58,045 bases of DNA, from the NCBI GenBank assembly GCA_031426555.1, contig JANPLN010000039.1, forward strand, positions 1 to 58,045. Direction: 5' to 3'. The notes beneath the pieces were generated by a model that did no database searches, had not been told where the DNA came from, and worked only from the letters and a program-made list of their open reading frames with translations. Source of the DNA: Bdellovibrionales bacterium (lineage in GTDB: Bacteria > Bdellovibrionota > Bdellovibrionia > Bdellovibrionales > JAGQZY01). This document shows positions 9,607-18,122 of the stretch, piece by piece. How positions within the stretch are numbered: the stretch's first letter is position 1; every line of letters starts with the position of its first letter. The position numbers were made by a program, and so were the translations under genes.

Positions 9607-10569
9607 TTAAGTCATCGAAGCAATAACTTGCTCGAGGGTGTCGTCCATCCAACGTTTATAACCAAAGGGGCGATCACCTTGAGCTAGATATCCCATATGC
9701 CCCCCGGTTTCTTCAAGATGCAGATGGACGTAGGAGCTCTCGCGAGCCGAAAGATAAGGCTGCCATGGGATGAAAGGGTCATCCTTCGACATTAAAATAA
9801 AGGTGGGCGTTTTGATTTTTCCCAAATGCGGCGCCGTTGAGCACTGTGCATAATAATCGTCGGCATTTTTAAAACCAGCCAAGGGTGCCGTGTAGAGTTC
9901 GTCCACATCGTGCAGGTGAGCCCACTTGGGAATTTGAAACTTAAGAGAAATTAAGTTTTTTTCTTGCCGCGAGCGGATTTCTTTTCGACAGCCGTTAACG
10001 AACCATAAATCATAGAGTCGGTTAAAGCCTAGCTTCAGGCTCTCCGACGAGGCTTTCAAATCCGTTGGGCCATTCACAACGATGGCTTGGTCGGGCAGGT
10101 GTTCGCCGCGAATGCCAGTGAGCAGCGAAAGCACAGCATTACCGCTTAAGGAAAACCCCACGGTGATCAATTGTTTTTTTGCAAACTGCTTTCGACAGTA
10201 CGCCACCACTTCCGAAATATCATCGCCCCGGCCCGAGTGATAAGGCCCGCGGGCCAGGCCGTCGCCGTCGCCGCAGCCGCGATGATTCATCAGTAACACC
10301 GAGTGTCTTAGTTTTTGGCTTATGGTGGCCATTCGCCCCATGTATTTAGAATCCACACTGCCAATGAGGCCGTGAAAAAATATTAGCAAGGTGGAACTTG
10401 TTCCCTCGTAATAACGGCCCACAAGTTGATCGCCATCGGGAAGTGGAATTTTTAAAATTTTGAAAGAGGAATCGGGTGCCTTTGATGGGAGCCCATAGGC
10501 CACGAGCGTTTGTTTGTGACCTCCCCGAGCCCAAAGGGGTGGGAAGCAAGGCGCAATATTAAGATTCAC
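9607..10569 (-). CDS. YheT-like alpha/beta-fold hydrolase
   Basis: GGHKQT, HGLIGS, YHSGRGDD, GFSLSG, DDPF, GGHMGY. Confidence 0.9.
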   Translation of the reverse strand: MNLNIAPCFPPLWARGGHKQTLVAYGLPSKAPDSSFKILKIPLPDGDQLVGRYYEGTSSTLLIFFHGLIGSVDSKYMGRMATISQKLRHSVLLMNHRGCGDGDGLARGPYHSGRGDDISEVVAYCRKQFAKKQLITVGFSLSGNAVLSLLTGIRGEHLPDQAIVVNGPTDLKASSESLKLGFNRLYDLWFVNGCRKEIRSRQEKNLISLKFQIPKWAHLHDVDELYTAPLAGFKNADDYYAQCSTAPHLGKIKTPTFILMSKDDPFIPWQPYLSARESSYVHLHLEETGGHMGYLAQGDRPFGYKRWMDDTLEQVIASMT

Positions 10570-11578
10570 GTACAGCGCTCACGCATTTCGAAAAAAAGCC
10601 TCGATCTACTTTTACCGGAGAGGTTACGAATTTTCGCAGTTCATCTTCGATGGGATGCTGAACGTAGTTTTTATAAAAAGGCTCGTGATAGCTAATCGGA
10701 AAGCGCTCGATGGCCCAGTTGAGTTGAGGCGCGTCTCCCTCCTGGATGGAGTCTACAACCGATACAACTCCACCAGGTTTTAAAACCCGCCACGCTTCTT
10801 GGAGCACCGTCAGACGAGTTTTGTGCGGCAACTCGTGAAACAGGTACGAACACGTCACGAGGTCGAAGTGCTGATCTTTAAACGGCAGCGTTTCTGCATT
10901 GGCTTGTAAAAAATTAATTCGTGGAAATTTTTTAAGACTTGTTTGCGCTTGTTTTAAATACGGAAAACTCAAATCTACAGCGGTGATGTTCGCCTTGGGA
11001 AACGTGAGAGCTAAATCGCGAGTCAAACTTCCGGGGCCGCACGCGATGTCGAGAATATTGATTTCGGCTTGCTGTCCAAAAATTTCGCGAGCTGGCGGAA
11101 GGGCCAAGCGGCGCATGGTCTGAGCCGTGCCGTTAAATAATATTTCAACTTGGTGTTCGTAAATCTGCGCGGACTCTTCGCTCAGGTAGCCGTCGGTCTG
11201 AAAATGGAAATTACGTGAGTAGTAATCGGGAACGTCTTTTAAATACTGTTCTGCCGAATCCGAAAAGTCTTGATGCTTTTTTGTTTTCATCCGTCGTGCC
11301 ACTTGCACAGCGTCCGCCCAAACGCGAATCAAGCGCAGCGTATGGGCGAGAGGTGAACCTAACGTAATGACAGTGGGGGGATAAACGTTTTTACGGATGT
11401 TTTGTTCGTCCCATTTGTGCAACTCGTAGATTTCTTTAAACAGAATTTTGAGCTCTTCAATTTTTGGCCCTTCGGCATTTCGACCATGCAGATAGAGCTG
11501 CGAAAGGATAATAAGTGGAAGATTTTCAGAGAAGTAGAGGGCTGATTTTCCGATTGAAAGATAGAGAGATGGAATCAT
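10559..11578 (-). CDS. Class I SAM-dependent methyltransferase
   Basis: ILDIACGPG motif I; LFHELP; RVLKPGG; NFHFQTDGYLS. Confidence 0.9.
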   Translation of the reverse strand: MIPSLYLSIGKSALYFSENLPLIILSQLYLHGRNAEGPKIEELKILFKEIYELHKWDEQNIRKNVYPPTVITLGSPLAHTLRLIRVWADAVQVARRMKTKKHQDFSDSAEQYLKDVPDYYSRNFHFQTDGYLSEESAQIYEHQVEILFNGTAQTMRRLALPPAREIFGQQAEINILDIACGPGSLTRDLALTFPKANITAVDLSFPYLKQAQTSLKKFPRINFLQANAETLPFKDQHFDLVTCSYLFHELPHKTRLTVLQEAWRVLKPGGVVSVVDSIQEGDAPQLNWAIERFPISYHEPFYKNYVQHPIEDELRKFVTSPVKVDRGFFSKCVSAVRES

Positions 11579-11624
11579 GAATTGCTTATAGCACTCTCAA
11601 CAAAAAAGGCAATGGGAATCAGAT

Positions 11625-11660
11625 AAAAACCAGGGCGTTCTGGAGTACAAAACGCCCTGG
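11625..11660 (-). terminator. Intrinsic terminator of lexA
   Basis: CCAGGGCGTT/AACGCCCTGG stem with U-tract on the minus strand. Confidence 0.7.
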
Positions 11661-11691
11661 ATAACAACAACAACACTCTCTAAGATTTATT

Positions 11692-12315
11692 CTAATCCAG
11701 ACGTCGGATGACGCTGGCAAGAACTCCTAAAATTTTAAATTCCGAAATAGGTGAAACGTGGATCACATTGTATTTGGGGTTCGCCGGGTGCAGTTCAACA
11801 CCGGCCTTTCGATGATAGTAACGTTTAATTGTGGCTTCGTTGTCCACAATCGCTACAACAGTTTCGCCGTTTTCTGCTGTGGCCTGACGTTTGATCACAA
11901 CATAATCGCCATCCATGATGCAGTCTTCGATCATGGAGTCGCCTTTCACCGTCAGCGCAAAGTACTCCACGCCCGAGCGCAACAACGAGCGCGGCACATC
12001 CACGTATTCGCGAGTTTCGACGGCCTCAATAGGATAGCCTGCGGCCACTTTGCCCAGCATGGGTAAGCGTTGAATGTCAGAGTCTTCGAAATCGCGCACA
12101 AGCTCGATGGCCCGCTTTCGATTGGCGCCGATGGGGGCTTTGATATAGCCCTTGCCGCGAAGTTGGGAGATAAAATCTTGTACGGTGGAAATAGCGCTGT
12201 AATCGAACTTATCTTGGATTTCATGATAGGTGGGCGGGCGTTGGTTTTTTTCGAGATAAAATTTTATGAAATCATAAACTCGTTGTTCTTTTTCCGTGAG
12301 ACTGGGCAATGACAT
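11692..12315 (-). CDS. lexA: SOS repressor LexA
   Basis: N-terminal winged helix (PPTYHEI); GKVAAGYP Ala-Gly cleavage site; GDSM Ser; ATIKR Lys; ATG 12315 preceded by AGGAGG (ORF track start 12348). Confidence 0.96.
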   Translation of the reverse strand: MSLPSLTEKEQRVYDFIKFYLEKNQRPPTYHEIQDKFDYSAISTVQDFISQLRGKGYIKAPIGANRKRAIELVRDFEDSDIQRLPMLGKVAAGYPIEAVETREYVDVPRSLLRSGVEYFALTVKGDSMIEDCIMDGDYVVIKRQATAENGETVVAIVDNEATIKRYYHRKAGVELHPANPKYNVIHVSPISEFKILGVLASVIRRLD

Positions 12316-12347
12316 TAAACCTCCTTGTTTTTTTGACTGCATTTTCA

Positions 12348-12408
12348 TTTACGAAGCCGTACATTCTCCGTACAAAAGAGAATATACGGTAAAACTACGG
12401 TTCGTAAA
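12348..12408. promoter_or_regulatory. Nested symmetric candidate LexA operator region
   Basis: CCGTA-N6-CCGTA (12357-12372) mirrored by TACGG-N6-TACGG (12385-12400), inside TTTACGAA...TTCGTAAA. Confidence 0.6.
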
Positions 12409-12433
12409 GTCTAGATTTGATGATTTCGCAGCG

Positions 12434-13393
12434 CTAAAGCGACCAGGCGATTTTTTCTAGGGCTTCGAGCTCTTCGGCCCAGTAATTATAGCTTTCAAAT
12501 TGCGGAAACAAGCGGGGGAAGGATGGGTCGTGCCACCGGTTGCCTATCCAGGCAGCATACGAAAAAATACGCAGGCCTCTCAAGGCGGGAATGAGATTCA
12601 GTTCGTCTTCATTAAAGTTCCTAAACTCGGTGTACCCAGATAAAAACAGATCCAGCTCTTCTTGCGTATCCTCCACTGTTCCCGGAAGCAGCATCCACAG
12701 ATCTTGCACGGCGGGGCCGTTGATACAGTCATCAAAATCCACAAAGAAAAAGGAGTCGCCGTTGTGCAGAATGTTTCCGCGATGGCAGTCCCCGTGGATG
12801 CGCAAAAAGCGCTGCTCGGGCAGTTCCGAGTCCAAAAAATCCAAAATATCTAAACAGGCGGCTTCGTAGCTCGACCACACCTCGGGCGCTACCCATTTTC
12901 TTAACACCGACAAACTTTGCCAGCCAATGTGATTATCCGAACCCATGGTGGGGCGGTGTTGAAAGGTCTTTTTAGCGCCGCAATTGTGCAACTGTGCCAG
13001 CATGGTGCCGATGCGTTTCCAGTCCGCAGCAAAAAACTCTTCGGGCATTCTGCCAGCCGTTTTAGGAAACAACGAAAAATAAATGGGTCCGGCAAGCTCG
13101 TCGATGGTGCGCCCGTTTTTTAAAACCATTGGCGCCACCACATCCAAATCCTGCTCTCGAAGCTCCGCCAGAAAGCTATGCTCTTCACCAATGGCGGCCA
13201 TGTCCCAGCGTCCGGGGCGGTAAAATTTAGCAATCACTTGCGAGAGGGGCTGTTGCGGAGTGGTTTCTAAGCGAAGATTAAAAACGCGATTCTCGTAAGA
13301 GTTTAACTGATAGAATTCGCCCGTGGTTCGCAATTGATGGGTTTCGATGGCATTCAGGACAGAATCGGGCGACAGAGAAAAAAAACTATTCAT
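12434..13393 (-). CDS. srkA: SrkA/RdoA (YihE) stress-response Ser/Thr kinase
   Basis: LNSYENRV, KFYRPGRW, HGDCHRGN, DFDDC, GPAVQDLW, RWHDPSFP. Confidence 0.93.
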   Translation of the reverse strand: MNSFFSLSPDSVLNAIETHQLRTTGEFYQLNSYENRVFNLRLETTPQQPLSQVIAKFYRPGRWDMAAIGEEHSFLAELREQDLDVVAPMVLKNGRTIDELAGPIYFSLFPKTAGRMPEEFFAADWKRIGTMLAQLHNCGAKKTFQHRPTMGSDNHIGWQSLSVLRKWVAPEVWSSYEAACLDILDFLDSELPEQRFLRIHGDCHRGNILHNGDSFFFVDFDDCINGPAVQDLWMLLPGTVEDTQEELDLFLSGYTEFRNFNEDELNLIPALRGLRIFSYAAWIGNRWHDPSFPRLFPQFESYNYWAEELEALEKIAWSL

Positions 13394-13429
13394 GGCTATC
13401 TTAACTAACAGATAATGGTCTAGGGGACA

Positions 13430-15781
13430 CTAGAAAAAGTAGCGGAGATTGAACTGGCCGAGGGAATATCCTTCACGGTAATCAGGATAGGTGGGAAATT
13501 GCGACGTGGTACCAAACATCACGCTGGATTTTACGCCCACACCCATGGTCCATTGTTTTTTAAAGAAGTAAGAAACATCAAAAAGCGCTTCATACTTCGT
13601 GAGTGAGTCGCCCGTGCCATAGGCGGCGGTGAGTCCCATGGTCCAGCTTTGCATCAATGGCAGCTCAAAAAACAATCCTAGCTTCGCCATATTGTACTTT
13701 GATACAAAGTAGAGACTGTTGCTGTTGGAATACGTTTCGTAGCCAACAAACGGTGAAAGGTGAAAGCCAATCATGTCAGGTCGGTCTTTGCTATCGTAAA
13801 AGCGATAGTGGTATCGACCTTCGGCGGAATAAAAATCGGCGGCTCCCGGCTCGTTGCTGGAAAGATTTTTTTGCACCATCAGTTCGCCTCCGTGGTGACC
13901 GCGCCAGCCGAGGGCGGCGACTTGCAGGCCCGGTGTTGGCACTGGAAGTTCAGAGGAGGCTGCGAGCACCGGAGAGTAAACAATGTCGTAGTAATTGGTG
14001 GAGAAGGTTAAGCGCGAAAGAATAAAGTCGGCGTTGTAACCCAGTTTGATCACGGGGAACTCTGTTCGCACTTCCACATCTTGGCTCGAGCCTTCTTTTG
14101 AAGCGGTTTTGCGTGAGTCCTCAGTTTCGTTATCATCTGCGCCAGTCGCGCCGCCAGTAAATGAGTCGGTGAGCTTAGAGAGACGAATGATAGCCGCTTT
14201 TACGATAACGGCGGCGAGGCCCGGTTCAGAAACTCGATTTTGCGAACCCAGGCTTCTCACTTCAGCCCGATACGTCCCGGGATTGCGCGGTGTCCATTCA
14301 AACGATGGGTCCGAAACTGTTTTTTCGAGGATCGTTTTTTCCTTAGCATCGGTAATTGCGATCTTAAATTTTTCGAGCTGGTCGGGATTGCTCCACGAGA
14401 GAAGCAAAATTTCATCTGAATTGGTTGTGTATTCGCTACGTACAAACTGTGGAGCATTCAGCGGAGCCAATTCCAATACTTCGATGGGTGTTGTTTTTGA
14501 CCATTCACCCAAACGCAAATTTTCGTCGACGGCTCGGAAGCGATAGTAGTAAGTTCCCGCGCGATTGAATTGCAGGTGCAGTTTACTTTCGTAGGCCCAG
14601 TGGGTGGTGGATTTTCGATCGAACGAGGCGGTGTTCGAGGATTCAACCAGGTAACCGTTGGCGTCGATGTCTGTCGAGAGCTGTAGATCCACATTCGCAT
14701 TGCCATTTTTCAAATAGAGAGAGTTATCGTTCAAACGAACCTGCACTGCAGAGCTCGGCAAGGTGACTGCGCGAACGACAAAGTGTCCAGTGGAGGACCA
14801 GTCTTGCTTGTTTTGTGAAGCGCGCCAGTAGTTGTCGCCAAGATACACCTGCGCCAAAGTGCGGTCCAAAGAATCGGCGACATATTGACGGCTTTCTGAG
14901 AGGTCGGCGTTGTTGGAGTAGTCGACAAAGATTTCTTTTGTGCTATCGAACGTTAAAATTTCTAAAGGAACTGCAAAGCGAACAAGAGTTCGTCCTGACG
15001 GTTTGAGCTTAAGTTGCTCTCCATGGCGATCGTACACATCGTACATTTTTACGTTGTAGTCGAAGGTTTTGAACTCTGCGTTGATCTGCACGGCTACGGG
15101 TAGTGGTGCTTCTTCGACCTCAGAGTTTGAAGGCTCGCGCGAGCCTTTGTCCTCATCAGCAAAATCAGAGTTCAGTTGGTTAGGGCTGCTCGTAGGGGCC
15201 ATAATTTCAATCGTCGAGGGCGCCTCTTTTGTGGGAGAGTAAACCTTGGATTGATATTGAATTCGTGGTGTTCCCTGCAACGTTTCAACACTGATGGTTT
15301 TGTTTTTAGCAACTTTCAAAATGATCTCTGATTGGCCTTCGATGTTGGCAATTTGTCCTTTGATGGCAATTTTTAAATCCTTCACAATGGCAACTCGGTA
15401 CTCCCCCTCCTCGAGATCCGCAATGTTCATGTTTTTAACTTTTTTAAATTCTACGAGACTGTTTTCTTTGAGTTCGATTTTTGCTTCGTTTTTTAAATTG
15501 ATCTTGGCAAAGGATTTTTCGCCAGTGTAGATCTTGTCGCCTTCGCGCACTTTCTGCTGGCTCTTCGCAGATTGCCATAAACTTTGCGCATAATTTTTAA
15601 TGCGAATGTCAGATTGCGCTTCGGACAGAAAACCAATTTCGCGTTCTAATTTTACAGTTTTTGAATTTGAAAAATTATAAAATTGCAGGAGGTAAAGACA
15701 AAAAGCGATGCCCACGAGACTGATGTAAATCAGTTTCTTTTCGGTAGATTGTAATCCGCGAAATACGTGAAGTTCTCCCAC
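13430..15781 (-). CDS. FecR-domain protein with FN3/Ig-like repeats and a probable C-terminal beta-barrel
   Basis: N-terminal TM; GDKIYTGEKS...IELKENS FecR-like motif; YYWR/YYYRFRAV repeats; ends NLRYFF. Confidence 0.7.
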   Translation of the reverse strand: MGELHVFRGLQSTEKKLIYISLVGIAFCLYLLQFYNFSNSKTVKLEREIGFLSEAQSDIRIKNYAQSLWQSAKSQQKVREGDKIYTGEKSFAKINLKNEAKIELKENSLVEFKKVKNMNIADLEEGEYRVAIVKDLKIAIKGQIANIEGQSEIILKVAKNKTISVETLQGTPRIQYQSKVYSPTKEAPSTIEIMAPTSSPNQLNSDFADEDKGSREPSNSEVEEAPLPVAVQINAEFKTFDYNVKMYDVYDRHGEQLKLKPSGRTLVRFAVPLEILTFDSTKEIFVDYSNNADLSESRQYVADSLDRTLAQVYLGDNYWRASQNKQDWSSTGHFVVRAVTLPSSAVQVRLNDNSLYLKNGNANVDLQLSTDIDANGYLVESSNTASFDRKSTTHWAYESKLHLQFNRAGTYYYRFRAVDENLRLGEWSKTTPIEVLELAPLNAPQFVRSEYTTNSDEILLLSWSNPDQLEKFKIAITDAKEKTILEKTVSDPSFEWTPRNPGTYRAEVRSLGSQNRVSEPGLAAVIVKAAIIRLSKLTDSFTGGATGADDNETEDSRKTASKEGSSQDVEVRTEFPVIKLGYNADFILSRLTFSTNYYDIVYSPVLAASSELPVPTPGLQVAALGWRGHHGGELMVQKNLSSNEPGAADFYSAEGRYHYRFYDSKDRPDMIGFHLSPFVGYETYSNSNSLYFVSKYNMAKLGLFFELPLMQSWTMGLTAAYGTGDSLTKYEALFDVSYFFKKQWTMGVGVKSSVMFGTTSQFPTYPDYREGYSLGQFNLRYFF

Positions 15782-15891
15782 AACTAAATCTTAACACCCC
15801 TGCTGCGGAGCGTAAGTCTGGTGGGTGAGAAATGGACTTAGCTCAGTAGACGAGAGACGTATCAAAAAATTGTCACTTTAAGAGTCGTGAG

Positions 15892-17634
15892 TTAGCTGTC
15901 GCGACTTATCGAGACGAAAGTGATGTCATCCTCGAGCTGCTCGATGGAATCCGACTTTTCTCGAAGGTATTTGTAAAGGGATGCACAGAACTGTTCCTTA
16001 CCTTCGTCCGACTGGAAGAAGCCATTGTAGATGCGAAGGATTTGTTTTTCGCTCATCTCTTGCTTCTCACGGAACATCGACGCTTGCACACCGTCGGTGT
16101 ACATCACAAAGTGATCCCCGGGCTGCAGTTCGAAGGTCTGGATCTTCTTCTGTGCGTTTTTGCGCTCGCCCAAGCTGCGATTGGGCGGAAGCGAGATGTA
16201 AGAGCCGGTTTTTTTGTCGGCGGCATAATGAACAGGCGGTTCGTGGCCCAAGTTTACAATTTCTGCCTTGCCCGTTCTTAAATCAATGCGGCAGATTTGC
16301 GCGGTCATTAAAACCTCGCCCTTCGACGTGGAATAAACGACGTCATCCCAGACATCCACTAACTCCTCGAGGGAGGAATCTTTTTTACTCATATAGGAGA
16401 ATACGGCGTTAGAGGCCGACGTAACAAGGGCGGCCGGCGTGCCGTGGCCAGTGGCATCGGCGATGATAAGGAATAAAGAGTTGTTGTGTTGATAGTAGTG
16501 CCACCAGTCACCACCGCACTCGGTGGAGGTGAGGTAGTGTCCCGAGACTAAGTAGTTGCCAAATTTTTTATTTTTTTCGATGGGGAAAAGTTTATCTTGA
16601 ATAATCCCCGCATTTTTTAATTCTCGTTCCATTCGATCTTTTTCGAGTTTTTCGGCGAAGAGTTTTTTGATCTCCGTTCCCATTTTGCTAAAGGCTCGCG
16701 AAAGAATTCCCACTTCATCCGTGCTCTTTGCATCCATAGCAATATCAAAGTTGCCTTTACCAATCTCGGCAGCCACATCGGTGAGCTGGTTGATTCGATA
16801 TGTGAGACTGTTCGAAAGAAGGAGCGACACCACAAACGTCACCAACGCACTGATAATTAAAAACACGATAGATTTGTTGTAAAGTTCATTCAAAGCCAAC
16901 AAGGCGTCTTTTTCATCGGTCATGGACACAAAGGTGAGACCTTCGTGATTGGTTTTTACAAACGACGAGAGATACGACGACCCTTCGATTTTTACCTTAG
17001 TGGTTGTGCTCGAAATGCCCTCGGTGGTGGCGATAAAGTTTTTCACGACCTGCGAAGCCTGATCGGACTTCACGTAATCCATACCTGTGGTTTTGACGGG
17101 TGTAAGATTTTCGAAAAAAAACGTTTGCGTATTGGCAGACTCACTGGCTTCGGGTTTCCATTTGATAAACAGTAAAAGCACCTTGTTGACTTCATGGCGC
17201 AGAGGAATGGAGGCTATAAAAAAATCGTCGTTGTAGTGGATGACATAGGTCTTTTTATAATTAATTTTGTTGTAAATAAGCTCGGGGTCAACGCTGAGCT
17301 CGGGAGCTTTGGTAAAAATTGTCTCAACACTTTTTTGTGTGTAATTAAAAGTAAAAATGCCCTCGATAAAGGTTTGGTTTTTTAACAAAACTTCTTGTTC
17401 ATTTTTTGCTTTATCAATCACCTGATCTTTAAACAGCAGGCGAGCAAACCAGATCGAACTATCGATGGCTTGGTTAAATTTTTGCACTTGAAGTTGCAAT
17501 TTGTTTTGCTGCTCATCAAAAATGTAGCTAATTTTGTCGGATTCAAACACGCGGGTAGCGGTGAAAATGTAGATGGACACAAGGCAAAGCGACACTATGA
17601 TCAAACTTAATGTGATCTTCCATTTAATTGACAT
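15892..17634 (-). CDS. Membrane sensor with HAMP and SpoIIE/PP2C-type phosphatase domain
   Basis: Two TM helices; HAMP (DEVGILSRAF); CGGDW, IADATGHG, YTDG, DDIT. Confidence 0.9.
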   Translation of the reverse strand: MSIKWKITLSLIIVSLCLVSIYIFTATRVFESDKISYIFDEQQNKLQLQVQKFNQAIDSSIWFARLLFKDQVIDKAKNEQEVLLKNQTFIEGIFTFNYTQKSVETIFTKAPELSVDPELIYNKINYKKTYVIHYNDDFFIASIPLRHEVNKVLLLFIKWKPEASESANTQTFFFENLTPVKTTGMDYVKSDQASQVVKNFIATTEGISSTTTKVKIEGSSYLSSFVKTNHEGLTFVSMTDEKDALLALNELYNKSIVFLIISALVTFVVSLLLSNSLTYRINQLTDVAAEIGKGNFDIAMDAKSTDEVGILSRAFSKMGTEIKKLFAEKLEKDRMERELKNAGIIQDKLFPIEKNKKFGNYLVSGHYLTSTECGGDWWHYYQHNNSLFLIIADATGHGTPAALVTSASNAVFSYMSKKDSSLEELVDVWDDVVYSTSKGEVLMTAQICRIDLRTGKAEIVNLGHEPPVHYAADKKTGSYISLPPNRSLGERKNAQKKIQTFELQPGDHFVMYTDGVQASMFREKQEMSEKQILRIYNGFFQSDEGKEQFCASLYKYLREKSDSIEQLEDDITFVSISRDS

Positions 17635-17727
17635 AATACTATTAAACTACAGATCAAGTTTTAAACAAGAAAATGGTCAAACCCAGACGGGGTCAGGACC
17701 ATGGTCGAGATCAAATAAGAGCTCGAA

Positions 17728-17991
17728 TTATCGACTTTTATGCAAGCTCATGACGGCACTCACATTGGTACCTGTCATCAAGCGGTTGGTGGGTGTAATG
17801 GTGGCCTTCATCGAAATATTATTACCAACACTGCGCACGGATCCAGGAGACAGTTTAAAGGCTCCGTCGTCCTCTCCGCCACCGCCGACGACCGGAGGTC
17901 GTGGGGATGCGGCGTTGTCCACGAAGTCTTTTACGACCTTCGCACAGCCTGTAAGCAAGATGAATGCTATAAGTGCTAATACAATACGCAT
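17728..17991 (-). CDS. Small hypothetical lipoprotein
   Basis: Lipobox LTGC; 87 aa. Confidence 0.7.
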   Translation of the reverse strand: MRIVLALIAFILLTGCAKVVKDFVDNAASPRPPVVGGGGEDDGAFKLSPGSVRSVGNNISMKATITPTNRLMTGTNVSAVMSLHKSR

Positions 17992-17997
17992 GATTTC

Positions 17998-18024
17998 TTA
18001 TCGACAGGACTGGATATTTCTTAA
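17998..18024 (-). promoter_or_regulatory. sigma28 (FliA)-like promoter of the small lipoprotein gene
   Basis: Minus strand TTAA-N15-GTCGATAA, 6 nt before ATG. Confidence 0.55.
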
Positions 18025-18088
18025 GTCCAGGTCCTAATTTTCTCATAATGAGACAAAACCAGACGCCATCTAGTTTAAAAGAAGGGGG

Positions 18089-18115
18089 TCTAGTCGAACA
18101 AAAAAATGCCGATAT
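18089..18115 (+). promoter_or_regulatory. sigma28 (FliA)-like promoter of the large secreted protein gene
   Basis: TCTA-N15-GCCGATAT, 7 nt before GTG 18123. Confidence 0.5.
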
Positions 18116-18122
18116 CTATAAT

